Both the position numbers and the translations under genes were made by a program. Below are positions 11,716 to 27,281 of a stretch of DNA of 64,000 nucleotides, piece after piece; the stretch's first letter is position 1, and every line of letters begins with the position of its first letter. The stretch is taken from positions 485,296 through 549,295 of the forward strand of contig NW_003314336.1 in the NCBI RefSeq assembly GCF_000143415.4, written 5' to 3'. Below the pieces are notes generated by a model. It was not told the origin of the DNA and searched no databases. It saw nothing but the letters and a program-made list of their open reading frames with translations. Source of the stretch: Selaginella moellendorffii. Taxonomy: Eukaryota; Plantae; Lycopodiophyta.

Positions 11716-12394
11716 AACTTTCTATAATCATCATTAAGATTTTTAAAACACCATGGTTAGTAAAGAAAATTAATCTTATGGTTCTGTTATAAATCATGGA
11801 ATGTAAATTTCTTTAAAAGCATGATTAGATCCTTTTGTTGTGTTGGCAATAAAGCGGCAATAACGTTTGTAAATTGATTATGAATTTGGCAAAAAGTAAA
11901 ATGTATTACATCAAATAAATATTGTTAAGTTTATTTCTTGTAGCAGTTAAAAATTAGTTTTTATTTTGTGTAATAATAATTTCTTTAAATAAAAATTACA
12001 CTGACTTTTTTCTGTGAGGTTCCATCGCTCGGAGCCTCTTTCACCTACAAAAGAGGGCAGCGAGAACACGTATTGGACAAAATTATACGCTTCGCTGCCC
12101 TCACTCAAACTGACTCTTTTCACGCTGCTGCTCTCTCACTCGGGAGCCGGAGCTGCTGCTAAATTTCTAAAAGCCCAAAGGCTCAAAGAGTGGAAAAAGA
12201 AAAAAGAACCAAAGCAAAGGAAAAAAAAATGGAAGAAAGATGGAGATGGCGAGGGAGAAGAGGACTCAAGTTTACAAGGAAGCGCAATGAAAGCGAAGAA
12301 GAAGAAGAAAGCTCAAAAGAAATGAATGAATATGGAGGAAGACCGATGATGGATGGGAGTCTAAGGATCAAGCTTGTTACCTCTCGAGCGAGCG

Positions 12395-15096
12395 TTACAC
12401 CATGTAGCGATTGATCGTCGCCTGAGCCCACTCCGCGGTCTCCTTGAGCCGGTGATCATCCGACGACAAGCACTCGTCCAGGAAATCCTTGTAGAAGGCC
12501 GAGTTTCGGAAGAACTGTGCGCTGGTGCCTGCTAAACAGTCGGCCATATCGCCCATCACTCCCACCGCAGCTTTAAGAACCACATCATCTCTGCACAAGA
12601 ACAAAAGTTAGCTTCGGTTCATCATCCTGGGAAAAGAGAAGAAAAAGAAAACAAGCAAACGTACCTCTCCTTGTCTTGGTACACACTCTCGATGAACTGC
12701 AATATGCCAGCTACGTAAGGCATCATCGCCTCCGGCTTGGTGCCTTTGAATGCCTGGAAAATCCCCGAGTACGCCTCCAGTATCCCTGTTCTCAGCTGGT
12801 TGTTGTAGTCGAGCATCTCATCGTCTCCGGCCGCTTGCATGACCGAGAGCTCCGCAGCGCTCTGGAGCATCGGCATCGCGTAGCTCAGGTACTTCTCAAA
12901 GTTCTCCCCGATGGCCAACGCAATGTCTCCAAAGCACGAGAAGATTGGCGGCTTGACGGAGCGGTGGAGCTGGTTGCTTCCCAGGTCCTTGAGCAGCTGC
13001 GTCATTATCCCGTCGCAAAAAGGGAGAACTTTGTCCTCGAGAGCTCGGCATATATCACCCACGACCCCGACCGTCACGGCGCACACCTGGTACTCCTCAA
13101 AGTTTTGGAGTCCCATCTCCAAGTATCTGTAAAACTCCTGCATGTACTTCCCGAACTCCACTCCGATAGCATCCGCCAGTGCCCCGATGGCGAGCATCGC
13201 CTCCTCGTGAACCGTCGCACTCCTACACGCGAAGACTCTCAAGAACAGCCCCATCATCTGGTCCGCAAACTGTACCATCGCGTACTTGGTCGGCTCGCTG
13301 GAGCTCAGCCTCTGGATGAGCACTTGCAAAACCCCGCAAAGCAGGGCTTGGAGCTCGCTCTGCTTCTCACGATCGTCCACCGAGAGTACCTGCATTTGGA
13401 GTGTCTGCCCGAGCTTCTCCATGATCACCGGAACCAGCTGACCCACGACCGCGACAGTGTCATCGGACGAGCACTTCACCACGTCGTTGAGAGTCTCGTA
13501 TGCCGCGATTCTCAGCCTCGTCTCCGCCGCATCCTCTCGGTCGGCAGCCGCCAGAAGCGCCTGAACGATGTTCTGGAAGAAAGGTGACAGAGGATTGCTG
13601 CCACCGGTGCTCGTCAAGGAATCGTCGTAGCCGACAGCCACCGCATGGATCGCCCCGCAAACTTTCTCGGCAACATTCGGTGCGTCTTTGATACTCTCGA
13701 GCAGCACTGACAGGATCAACGGGAGGTTGGCCTGGTTCACCACCGACGTATCCACACTGGGACCGTGAAGAAACTCGAAGATCCGGCTCAACGTCCACGC
13801 GGTGGTGTCTTTGACGTGGCTGTTCTCGTCTTTCATGGCGTTGAGCATGAATGGTAGAGCGCTGGTGACGAGCGGCGCGAGCTTGTCCGGTCCGGGTCCC
13901 TCGAGAATGGATCCAAACGCGTAAGTCGCCGCCTCTCGGCACCGCCAGTCGGGCTTCGAGATGTTCTCTTGCACGTAAGGCATGACGAGCGGAACGATAT
14001 CATCCCCGACCGCTTTGGCCACCAGTCCCAAGCAAGTCCCTCCCGCCATAGCCAAGTTCCACACGTCCTCGTCCTGATCCTGCCCCTCCTCCTGCTTTGT
14101 CAGCGTCTCCAGCAGCATCGGGACGAGGTAAGGCAGAGCCTGCCTGATGAAATGGAAGTTGGACAGCTCCGAATCCCCGGTCGTCGAGAACTCGTCCAAG
14201 AGCTCGATCTCTATGTCGCAAATGGAGCTCCAAAACTCGAGAGCTTGCAGCACCACGGACTCCTCGTCCTCCTTGACAGCCTTGGAAGTGATCGCGAAAA
14301 CATCCTTCATGTAAGGCGCCAGCTTCTCGTAGTACGTGGACGCGATCGAAACCAGGCACTCAAACGCGGCCTTGCGGACTCGAGAATCCGGTGACAAAGT
14401 TGCCTCGCAGACCACCCTCATGATATAGTCTCGCTCCACCGTGTTGTCGAAGTTGGTCTGCGCGAAGTCGAGCGCATTGTAGAGCGCGTTGGTGGCGGCC
14501 AGCCTCACCTCACTGCTCGCCTCGGAGGAGTTCATACCTTGCACGACCGCCGTGAGCACGGAGTTTACTTGATCCTGCGCGAGAACCTCGGAAGAAATGG
14601 CCTCACACACGTAGCCCAGAGTCTCCAGCGTCGCCTCCTTGAGATGGGCGGCATTGGCGACACCCATGGAGGACGTGACGTTGGCGAGGAGGCCTGGGAT
14701 GAGCTCTGGCCACGCCTGGCGAGGGAGCTCTATCGCCGCCACCTTTGCAATCACTTGTGCCGCCGTGTGGCGCGCCTCCGCCACTGGCGCCGCCAGCGTC
14801 GCCACCAGCGCGGCCTTGATCTGTGCCCTGGCGGCGGAATCCAGCAGCAGCCAGCGGTCCCCTAGCTCCGCGCGCCGCCCGGCGTCCTTGGCGTCGAGGC
14901 TGTTCTTGAGGATCAACCCCGCGAGCTTGCGGCTCTCGGGCGGCTTGTCGTCGCTGGCGAGCTCGCCGCTGAGCGAGACGAGGAAGGCGGCGAGATTCTG
15001 GTCCTGGAACTGGCGGAGATTGTCCTCGGCGAGCTTGCGGACGCTGCCATCGGCGGATTGCGCGTTGAGGAGGACCTGGGTGACCTCCATGGCCAT
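12395..15096 (-). CDS. KPNB1: Importin subunit beta-1 (exons 15096-12665, 12590-12395)
   Basis: MAMEVTQVLLNAQS IBN_N domain, HEAT repeats, DEDVWNLAMAGGTCLGLVA, DWRCREAATYAFGSILEGP; single GT-AG intron near the 3' end. Confidence 0.96.
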
Positions 15097-15500
15097 GGCC
15101 GCGGCCTCCAAATTTCTCTTGATCCCTCGCTCCTCTCCTCGGATTTTCTGCCCTGGATCAAAGAGTCCCCCGGGATCTCCCGCTAGCTAGCGTGTCACAC
15201 CATTACCTTGCCTCCTCTCTACTGTCGCAATCCTCCTCCAGCGCCATCGCCATCGCCTTGGGTGAGCCCTTTTTGGGCCAGATCTAGCAGAATATCCCGC
15301 CGAAAAGGCATATTCTGCTTGCTCTGGAGATATTCTGCTACGCTCTATGACGGTATGTGCCTGGGCATCTTTTTGAAATCCAGGGAAGAATGGGAGCGCG
15401 GCCTTCTACGCGGTAATGTTCTACCGATCGATCGATCGCGATGGCGCGGGCGAGGATCTGAGTGATTCGCACTCGCGGATCGTTCGATCGGCCCGGGATT

Positions 15501-18141
15501 ATGGCGGTAGCGTCGTCGCTCTCTCACGGAGGCCAGTATTTCCTGGGGAGGATCTTGATCGCAGCGCCAGCAGCGGCGTCATCGGTGAATGCGATCACGC
15601 TCTACCGCCACCAGCTCGTGAATTGCCGCAGATTGGTGGAAGGCCGATCGATCCACGCCGATCTTGTGAGGGACGGGCTAGACAGGGACGAGTTCTTGGC
15701 GAGCTATGTGATTCACATGTATCTCCGGCTTGGCAGCCTCTACGACGCGCGGCAGCTCCTCCGCCAGTTCGATCTCGACGACACCGGGCTATGGACAACG
15801 ATGATCTCGGCATTTGCCCAGCGCGGGCAACACCGCGAGGCGCTCGATCTCTTCCATGCGATGCAGCAGTGCGGGGTTCTTCCCACCAGGATCACCTTCG
15901 CGGCGGCCGTAAATCTCTGCGTCGCGCTCGGAGACGCGATCCAGGGCCGGAGGATCTTCGATCGAGCCACAGAGCGAGGGTTTGGAGGCGACCTCGTCCT
16001 CGCCAATTCCCTCCTTAATCTCTACGCCACGGCCGGGGGATTCTTGCGCGAGGCCATGGATTTCTTTGCGGCGATGGAGTCCCAGGATGGAATTTCCTGG
16101 ACGACGCTGATGAAGGCTTGCAATCGTGAGCGGCAGTGGAAGATCTCGCTGAGGCTCTTCTGGCAGATGCAACAGGATGGATCATCGCGGCCGGACAAGA
16201 CGAGCTTCGTGGTTGCGATCTCGGCGTGTAGCGAAACGCGGGATCTAGAGCAGGGAAAATCCATCCACGCGAGCTTCGCCGGGGTCAACGAGATAGAGAC
16301 CGATGTGGCCGTGGCGTCAACGCTCGTCAACATGTATAACAAGTGTGGAGATCTCCCCCAGGCCTGCCGGATCTTCGCGAGAATGCCCGAGAAGAGCTTG
16401 GTCACCTGGAACATCATGATCGCGGCCTACATCCACCATGGATTCCCGACCAAATCACTCCAGCTCCTCGATCAAATGCAGCTGGAAGGCATTCGCCCAC
16501 AAAAGGTGCGCTTGTGTTCCTGATCTTCCGTGATGACTTTCTCGTTTGACCCAATTCCAGGTGACTTTCATCAACAGCCTCAATGGCTGCTCGATCTTGG
16601 GCAAGCTGCGACCAGGCAAAACCATCCATTCCTGCGCTGCCGAGCAACGATTGATCGATCGAGACGTAGTTCTCTCCACCGCGCTTATCACCATGTACAG
16701 CAAGTGTGGCAGCGTCGACGAGGCGAGAAAGATCTTCGATTCCATGGCTGGGGACGTTAAGAACACCATCTCCTGGAACGCGATGCTGGCGGGCTACGCC
16801 CAGAATTCCCGATCCAGCGACGCGATCCAGCTCTTCCGATCCATGGACCTGGAGGCGCAGTGTGATCCAAATTCCACCACCTTCGCGACGCTGCTGGATG
16901 CTTGCGGAGAGATCGCAAAGCTGCGAGAGGGAGAGGCCGCGCACGATCGAATCGTCGCCACTGGGCTCTCGATCAACCTCGTGCTGGGCACTGCGATCGT
17001 GAGGATGTATAGCAAGTGTGGCCGGATCGATCGAGCGCGCGAGCTCTTCGATCGGATCCGCGATGATCGAGGCAAGGAGGAGGATGTGGTGCTGTGGACG
17101 ACGATGCTGGGGGGCTACTCCGATCGTGGCGATCACGCCGCGGCGCTGGAGCTCTTCCGGGAGATGAGGATCAAGCCCGACGCCATCGCGTTTGTGGCCG
17201 CGATTGACGCTTGCGCGAATGCCGGAAGCATTCGTGATGGCGAGGAGATCTTGGCTCGAATCCGCGGCTGTGGCTGCGAGAGCGACGATCGCGTGGGCAC
17301 CGCGCTGTGCTACATGTTCGCCCAGTTTGGCCTCTTGGATCGCGCATCACAGATCTTCGATCGATTGGAGAGCAAGAGCGCGATCTCCTGGAACGCGATG
17401 CTGGGCGCGATGGCGGCGCAGGGGCTGGCTATCGAGGCGATGGAGCTCTTCCGGCGGATGCTGGGCGAGGGATCGCGGCCAGACGAGATCACATTCGCGG
17501 CGATGCTGGATTGCTTCGTGGGGCAGAGCTCGCTGGGCGAGGGGCGATTCGTACACGGCTTGATCGCCGAGAGTGGGAGAGATCGCGGTGTGTTCTTGGG
17601 CACCGCGCTCCTCAACATGTATGGGAAATGCGGCAGCCTCGCCGATTCCATCGCCATCTTCGCCAATCTCTCGCATCGCAACACGATCTCTTGGAACGCG
17701 CTCATCGCCGCGCACGCGAGCAATGGCCGATTCCTCGAGAGCCTGGATCTCTTCCAGGAGCTCCAGAACGAGGGATTCCTGGCCAACACGATCACGTTCC
17801 AGAGCGTGATCGCGGCGTGCGGCCATGCCGGGCTCGCCGATCGGGGCTGCGATTACATGGTGCTCATGATCGAGGACCACGGGATTGTGCCGCTGCCGGA
17901 GCACTACGGGTGTATGATCGATCTGCTGGGCCGCGCGGGTTGGCTGGGCGAGGCCGAGGATCTGGTGCTGCGAACGCCCCAAGAGGAGAGGGCTTTCAAT
18001 GGAATGGCGCTGCTCAGTTCGTGTAGAACTCACGGCGATTTCGAGAGAGGGAGGCGCGTCGCGCAAATGCTGATGAAGATCGCGCCCGGCCGCACGGGCG
18101 CCTACGCATTGCTCTCTAACATCTACGCTGGAGCCCGCTAG
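15501..18141 (+). CDS. PLS-class pentatricopeptide repeat protein with a C-terminal E region and no DYW domain (exons 15501-16505, 16561-18141; ~861 aa)
   Basis: Repeated 'LVNMY.KCG..A..IF' and 'SWNAM..Y' PLS motifs; EHYGCMIDLLGRAG; ALLSSCRTHGD..G; YALLSNIYA then stop; 55-nt GT-AG intron keeps the frame. Confidence 0.92.
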
Positions 18142-18281
18142 CCCTAACCCTAATCCTCCCAATCCTTGGCGCCAATTTTTTAATTGCCCTAGTTTGGCGG
18201 GGTTAAAGGTAGAAACTTTTTCTATTCTAGACCTTTAAAAGGTCGGAGATACCTCTGATTAGGGTTTATTCTAGGGTTTAG

Positions 18282-20133
<1,852 letters not shown>

Positions 20134-20325
20134 CCACCATCAGTCGCGGCTGCTGCTTCTTATTTTGCTGGAGAATTTTGGAGTGCTTTCTAGAAGGGTG
20201 GAAAAAACCTCGGTTCTTTGTAACCTCGTCGATGGAAAACCGTAAAACTTCTTCTTTTTCCTCTTTAAGGAAGCTCAGCCAAGCAGGAAAGTTTAGACTT
20301 CGCTCTTTGCGATCCTCGTGAAGAA

Positions 20326-23300
20326 CTAGCTCCTGTTATCAGCAAGCGGCTTGATGAGCTCCAAGATCTGGACGACCTCAGTCATTGACGGCCTGTTAGC
20401 AGGCACCGGTGACGTGCAAACCAGCCCCAGCTTGATCAGCGTCATCACCTCCTCCTCGGGATACACCACCATTTTCGGGTCCACGCACAGCAGCGGCTTG
20501 CCATCGTCCGCCAGCGATCTCACAAAGTCACACAGGATCACTACATCGTTCTCGAGATACTCCACCGGCGGCTTCCCAGTGATGAGCTCGAGCAGCACGA
20601 CCCCGAAGCCATAGACATCGCACTTCTCCGTCACCTTGAAGCTCTCGCAGCCACACTCCGGTGCCAGGTATCCCAGCGAGCTCTGGAGCTTGTTCATGAC
20701 AACGAAGCGGTCCCTCGAGTGAAGCAGCTTGGCCAGGCCATAGTCGGACACCCGCGCGTTGAAGCCATCGTCCAGGAGAACGTTGCTCGACTTGAAGTTG
20801 TAGTGGATCACCCGCGGCCGACACTTGTGGTGGAGGTAGCAGAGGCCCTGCGCGGCTCCCAGCGCCACCTTGAAGCGGAGCTCCCACGGAAGAACAGATT
20901 GCTCGTGGAGTTTGGAGTGGAGGTTTCCGTTCGGGACGAAGTCGTAGATGAGCAGCTGCAGCTTTGGAGTGAAGTAGTACCCCTGGAAGTTGACAAGGTT
21001 CTCGTGCTGGATCTTCCCGAGGAACTGGACGCGCTTCTCAAACTCGTCCTGCGTTTCTACCATTCCTGGAACGCTCAGCTTCTTCACCGCCACTGTTCTT
21101 CCCGCGGCCAGCGTCGCCTTGTACACGGTTCCAAAGCCTCCTCGGCCGATCTCCGAGTTCTTGTTGAGCAGCGCCTGGGCGGTCGGGAGGAGATCCTCGT
21201 CGCGGCTGTCCGAGTCGTCCGTGAACATGACGAGCTTTCCAATGGCGAGATCTTCGCTGGGAGATGATCCAGGGAGGCTGTCCACGACGTAGAAGCTGGC
21301 TCGCGGCCTGGGATGGCTCCGAAGATTGAGGAGGCTGACGACGACGATGCCGAGAGCTATCACCGCGGCGGCCGAGATGGCGATGATGGCCGAGACGCTG
21401 AGAACGATCTTGCTCGAGGGTGGTGAACGGTGGTCTGAGGATGAGATGATCGGGTCTGGGGTGGTGGTGGCGTTTGGGTTGAGGACGATCGGTTTTGGGA
21501 TTGCGGGGCAGGCGATGCTGAGCGAGGCACCGCAAAGATGAGCGTTTCCAGCGAAGGAGCTCGGATCTAGCAGTGGAAAAGCTCCATCGCTTGGAATGGG
21601 GCCGGCGAGAGAGTTGTGCGAGACGTTGAAGAGCGAGAGGTTTTGGAGCTGGGCGAAGCTTGTTGGGATCTGTCCGGTGAGATGGTTTGATGATAGATCC
21701 AAGCTCTGGAGGCTGCTCAGATCGGCGAGCTCGACGGGTATTCCTCCAGTTAAGTTGTTTTGCGAGAGATCCCTGCATGGACAAGAAACTTACGTGAAAC
21801 TCTGTCTAGGTGGCAAACGCGAAGAACACTTACAGGTATCGCAGAGAGGAGCAGTTTCCAAGCTCCTCAGGAATGATTCCAACTAGAGCGTTGTCATCCA
21901 GCTTGAGAGTTTCCAGCGATGGAGAGCCGCCAAAGCTTCTGGGGATGTATCCTGTGAGGAAGTTACTGCCGAGGTCGAGGCTGCTCAGCTCGGACAGTCC
22001 AGCGACGAGTTCTTCCGGAATGTTGCCCGACAGCCCGTTTTGTCCCAGATTCAAGCTTCTCAAGTGCTGGCAGCCGGAAACCTGCGGTGGGATCTCGCCC
22101 TCGAGAGAGTTTCTCGACAAATCCAAGCTCTGGATGACTTTGCAAGCGCTGGACGAGTTTGACGACGAGAGAGCCGCGGGGAGGCCTCCAGAGAAGCTGT
22201 TCATGGCGAGAGCCAAGCTTTCCAGCTCCAGCTCGAAGATCTCGTCAGGGATGGCGCCGGAGAAGTTGTTGCTGCTCAAGTCGATGGTGGAGAGGTTGAA
22301 GCATCCGCCCAAGGTTGGCGGAAGAGCTCCTTGGAGATTGTTGTTGTGGAGGTAGAGCCTCCGCAGCGCCTTCATGGAGCCGATGGAAGATGGCAGCGTC
22401 CCTCCCAGATCGTTCTCCGCGAGGTTGAGCTCCTGGAGCTCCGGAAAGCCAGTGACGATCCACTCGGGCACGCCACCAGAGAAAGAGTTCCCAGGCAAGC
22501 GAAGAACTTCCAGCCGCGACAAGCTCTCGAGGAAGGACGGGATTTCTCCGGACAGGAGGTTATAGCTCAGATCCAAGCTCACCAGCATTTGACACTGGCC
22601 AAGCTCCGGAGGGATCTCCCCGCTCAACGAGTTGTGCGAGAGGTCGAGTGAGCTCAGCCGGGACAGCGATCCAACTCCGGCTGGGATGGAGCCCGAGAGC
22701 CGGTTCTCGGACGCTCCCAGAGCTTCCAAGCTCTCGCAGCTGGCGATGGAGTCCGGGAGATCGCCCTCGAGCTGGTTCCCGGAGAGAAACACGTACCTCA
22801 GGGACTTGGAACAATTGGCGAAGAGCTCGGGTGGCACGCTCCCGGAAAAAGAGTTCTGGGAGACGTCGAGGAGGGAGAGGAGCTCCAAACTGGCGAGGCT
22901 GGCTCCAGGGAGGGGACCCGAGAGAGCGTTGTGGCTCAAGCTCAGGTTTCGCAAGGATTTGAGCACGCGAATCTGCGGAGAGATGGATCCGGAGAGATTG
23001 TTCCTGGCGAGCGAGAGGACCTGGAGGTGGTCGAGCTTGAGGAGGCCCCGTCCCAGCGGTCCCGAGAGCTCGAGGCCATCGAGCGTGACTTGGGTGACTC
23101 TCCCGGATTGTGGGCTACACTGGATCCCGGTCCAGTTGCACGGGCTCGCCGAATCCTCGCTCCAGGAGGCCAGCGCTCGTCGTGGGTCGTGAAGATCCGC
23201 CTTGAAGACGATGAGTCCCAGCACATCATCGTTCCAGGGAAGAACAATATCGGAGCTCTCAACCGGTAAAGCCAGGGAAAGGAAGAACACCACCACCACC

Positions 23301-23329
23301 ACCACCACCATATCCAGTCTTGCTTCCAT
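20326..23329 (-). CDS. LRR receptor-like kinase, subfamily LRR-VII (IRK/PXC2-like); exons 23329-21834, 21772-20326
   Basis: NDDVLGLIVFKADL..SW..PCNWTGI LRRNT, many LRRs, TM LSVSAIIAISAAAVIALGIVVVSLL, GKLVMF, ALLNK.SEIGRGGFGTVY, HYN.KSSNVLL. Confidence 0.93.
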
Positions 23330-26300
23330 CAATCTATCCTCTCTTTTCCGCTAGAGATCGTGTTCTTGGATCCCTGCGCGATGACCCATTAGCGAGAGAA
23401 GCTCTCGATCTCTCAATGCAACAGCGCCACCACCGCCATGGATCCAACGAGAAAGTGTGAAGAAAAAACACTAGAAATCTATGCTATCCACGACGAGAGA
23501 GCTTCCGATCCTCTCCTCCTCCTTTCAACTTCCAGGGCAGTCAACTCGCGACGAGAAAAAAAAGTTTAAAAAGGAAGTTTTGCGTGACCCCACAATGCAA
23601 AAACTCTCGCGGGAGGAAGCATGTAACCATGGCGAGATCCAAGATCAGTGGAAGGGATCATGGTGGAGCATTTAAAGAACTTTGGATGGATGGATTGATT
23701 GATAGATAGGGCTTTGGATGCCACTGCTCTCTCTCGATGGATCGATCTATTATCAGTGACAGTGTAGGTGGGGACCTCTTTAACCTGGTATGCGAGTGCT
23801 GGCTTGGCTATGGCGTGGCTGGCACCATCCACAAGTCTGGAAAAGCCTTAACGCCGCCACAAATGCACGACGAGAGACCCACCACCCGTCCTGAAAGCGA
23901 AAACTGCTAAACTCTTCTAAGCTGCGCTCAAAGCAAAGAAGCTGGAAAACCAAGCAAACGAACATGCTATGATCAAGCAAATAAGAGAAACACTTGGAAG
24001 GAATCTTTTAGAGCAGATCGAGGACAAACTTGCAAGCTTGGAAGTAAGATCGATTAGAGAACGAAAAGGATAGGATAGAAGAGAGAGAGAAAGATTTTAA
24101 AACCTCTGATCATTCCGGACAAAGCGTCTGGACAAAAGCAACACGCATTGACAGAATCTACTAACAATCGTCGAGAAAGCAGCGAGATTCTCTTCGCAGT
24201 ACGCACCTCAAAACTCGAGATTCAAGGGGTAAATTGTTCCTTTTTCAACCTTATTGAAGCGGCAGGGGATTTTTAATCTTTTGTTCACAGATTTTCACAG
24301 TGACTCTTGTCCCCCGTGTCGCGTCTCGCCGCCAGCTTCACTGTTTTCTTTCCCGAGAGCACCGCTTCTCCTCAGACGAACCCCGTGACAAGTCTAGGAA
24401 TTTACAGACGTAGAACATATGAGGAGAATATAAGTTCAAATAATTCTTTAGTAATTAATCTAATCTTTACGTTTAGAGCTCACGAGACATTTCGAGTTTT
24501 CGTGTGTTGTGGCAGTAAGAACCTCAACTCGTGATAACGCGTGATTACCTCGTTGGCAAGGCAAAGAGATTGAAACCTTCTATGCTTCTTTCTTTGGAGC
24601 TCGATCTCCTAATCGCCAATATATAGGTATCTTGGTCTGTTTACATGTGATCATGGTTCTAAGTGTAAAGATTGCTCTAGAGTGAAAAAAAAGGGGAGCA
24701 TGTGATCTGGATCTCGTTTACTTGGGCAAAGTCATTTGCAACACTATCAAACTAGTGACAGATGCAATATGGCCTCCATCTCAATCTTACTCGCAACGTA
24801 TGATGATTCAGGTTTAGCTTACCAAGTAAAAATATGGATGCAAACTTTGCATGCGCACACACAGATTGATTTATATATATATATATATGCAATGTGCTTC
24901 TTCCAGCCTTGCTGTTGTGCCCAACTCTCATTGCCCATGCAAACATCAATAAAAATTTCCCAGAAGCATGGCAACCGAACATGCTCCCCACCATTGTAGA
25001 TATATTATATTATTTATTATTATCTATACTACTTTAGACTAGCTTGCAGGTTGGCAACAAGTACATAAATACAATTTTCACATAAATAAATTAAAAATAA
25101 GAAACAACTTCAACTTTCCAAACATTTATCATCAAATTTAAAGTTAGATATTTTCATTTTATTTTTATTTTTATTTAAAATTAAATGTTTTATATTTTAT
25201 AAACACTAGATTAAATATCAACTATTAGAATAAACTAAAATATGCTAGAAAGTGTTTAGGAATTTTTATAAATTATAAATACATGATTAATTTAAATGAA
25301 TAACAACCAAAATCCCAGAGTATCCAAGCATATTTTAAGTATAATACCATTATTAAGAAAACTAAATATTGCTGCATACAACACATTTTAAAATATATAT
25401 AATATTTTCAAGTATATTTACAAATTAGGAGCTTTTGCTGAATATGGGCATCTGATGCAAGGGAGGACCAAATTTCTTCATGGATTCTCCATGACTGGTT
25501 TGTACAATCACCAAAGATTTCTTACAGTTAGAAGGAAGCAGAGTAGCTCTGGTCCTTGCCCTCGTAGATTTGATGTGCCTGGCAAATGCTGGCAGTGTGC
25601 TCCAGCAATCCATCTAGCATGGTGGTGCTTGAGGATAGGCAGCAGAAATGCCTGATGACGAGGGTGTTCTAGTCAGTCCTTGGCCACCATTTTAGTTCTC
25701 CGATTGAGGGGGTGTTGAACTTTATCCAAAAGTAAAATAAGGATTATAAACTGATTATGTTATGTTAGAATATGCTCAAACCACAAACTAAAATATTGCT
25801 TAATTTGCTTATCTTCTTTAGAAGTGGATATATTCTAAGTATATGCTCTCTAGATCCATATTTCTAAAAAACATTGCTACACATTATATGTAACAATGCT
25901 TGATTTTCTTAATAGTAGTGTTATTCTTATTTATTAATCTAATTGATTAAATAAATTTTATAATTATAAGCATGTTTGTAATTTATAAAAACAAGATTAA
26001 TCTTATTGTATATCAACCATTAGATGATAGAATAAAAAAGAATATACTAGAAAGGGTTAAAAAAGCTTATAAATTATAAATATAAAATTAATCTAAATGA
26101 ATAACACTTGCTTACATGAAAGTGTTGTCACAGCTGTAGCTCCCCTAAAAGTATGTTGTAGTACTGGTGGAAGTCACACATTCCAAGTCTGGATGCTGTT
26201 AATTACATTCTAGGGTGATGATTTTATTTTAAATGTTCTTGCTCCTTGTTCTCTCATTCTCTTCTTCAGTTGTCCCAGTGGTCTCATGCCTACAGCAAGA

Positions 26301-26839
26301 CCCTCCAAAAACATGTATTAGTGACAAGTAGAAACGATTGTAATAGCATAACTGGCATTTTACTGACTAGCTTTGTTGTCAAGTTTCCATGTTTTTCTTG
26401 CACCCACAAAGAGACCCGGATAGTGACCACTGGCAATACCATTGCATCAATCTTCCCTTTTGTTATCAAAACAACATTACAAGAGCACTAAAGGTCGCGA
26501 TTATGTGCTTTTGGAAAGTTTAATCTCCTTGAAAAAAGGTTTTTTTGGCAAATTCGCCACACATACTCTCCTAACCGCTCAGTCTTCGCTTGCGAAATTC
26601 CTCTCAGATCGCTGTGTCTTTGCTTGAGTTCCCGAAATTCCTCTGAGCTCCTCATAAATGTTGGCAAGTACATGTTATTAAAAGCACAAAACATAGAATA
26701 TCTAAACAGTGAAACGACAGTGGTTGCCTCCTCCGTGAGAAGCCCCCTTGAGAACCCTAGTATCACAATCTCTGTAGATCTGTGACAACAAGGGAAATCC
26801 ATTTCTCAAGAGGAGAAAACTAAGAAGTGTTTCTTACCT

Positions 26840-27165
26840 CGCCATGCCATCTTCTAAAGCACGGAGTTTGACAAGTTTGCCTATCCAAACTAGCGCAAGC
26901 TTTCAACGCAGCCACAAAGGTGAGAAAACGGATCGTTCCATGAATGGAAACAGCTCGACTCGAGAACCAAGCCCGTGCGCTCCGTATCCAAGCATCAAAC
27001 TGTTCCATGACACAGTCGAAAAATCCAGTGCCCTGTCGAACACTCCGCGAGCGTGCACACTCGGCACGGGCTCGGCACACATGCGAATCACAACCGCTCG
27101 GATTTTCACCGACTCAAACTTGATCACGCGTTTCTTCTCAGTCGCATCATCCAGTACGCTATGCA
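26840..27165 (-). pseudogene. Degenerate PPR gene fragments
   Basis: ARGVFDR..STVSWNSLMLGY, TFVAALKACASL, GKLVKLRALEDGMA, with frameshifts. Confidence 0.7.
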
Positions 27166-27241
27166 TCTTTCAGCGCTCTAGACTACCTTAAACCGCACGG
27201 AATCTACGATGTTTAAGCTAACCCAGCCTTTACTTTAGTGC

Positions 27242-27253
27242 ATATATAAATAA
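27242..27253 (+). promoter_or_regulatory. TATA box of Dof copy 1 (conserved in copies 2 and 3 at ~30529 and ~33703)
   Basis: ATATATAAATAA ~40 bp before the ATG in all three copies. Confidence 0.55.
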
Positions 27254-27281
27254 GGTCAAGTCCTTTAGGGTCATACGAGCT

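Noticed and set aside
11630-11760. Functional tRNA gene
   Set aside because: Only T-loop/B-box motifs are present; no acceptor stem, D-arm or anticodon arm can be built
12014-12414. Lys/Glu-rich plus-strand ORFs
   Set aside because: Low-complexity antisense of the pyrimidine-rich importin 3'UTR
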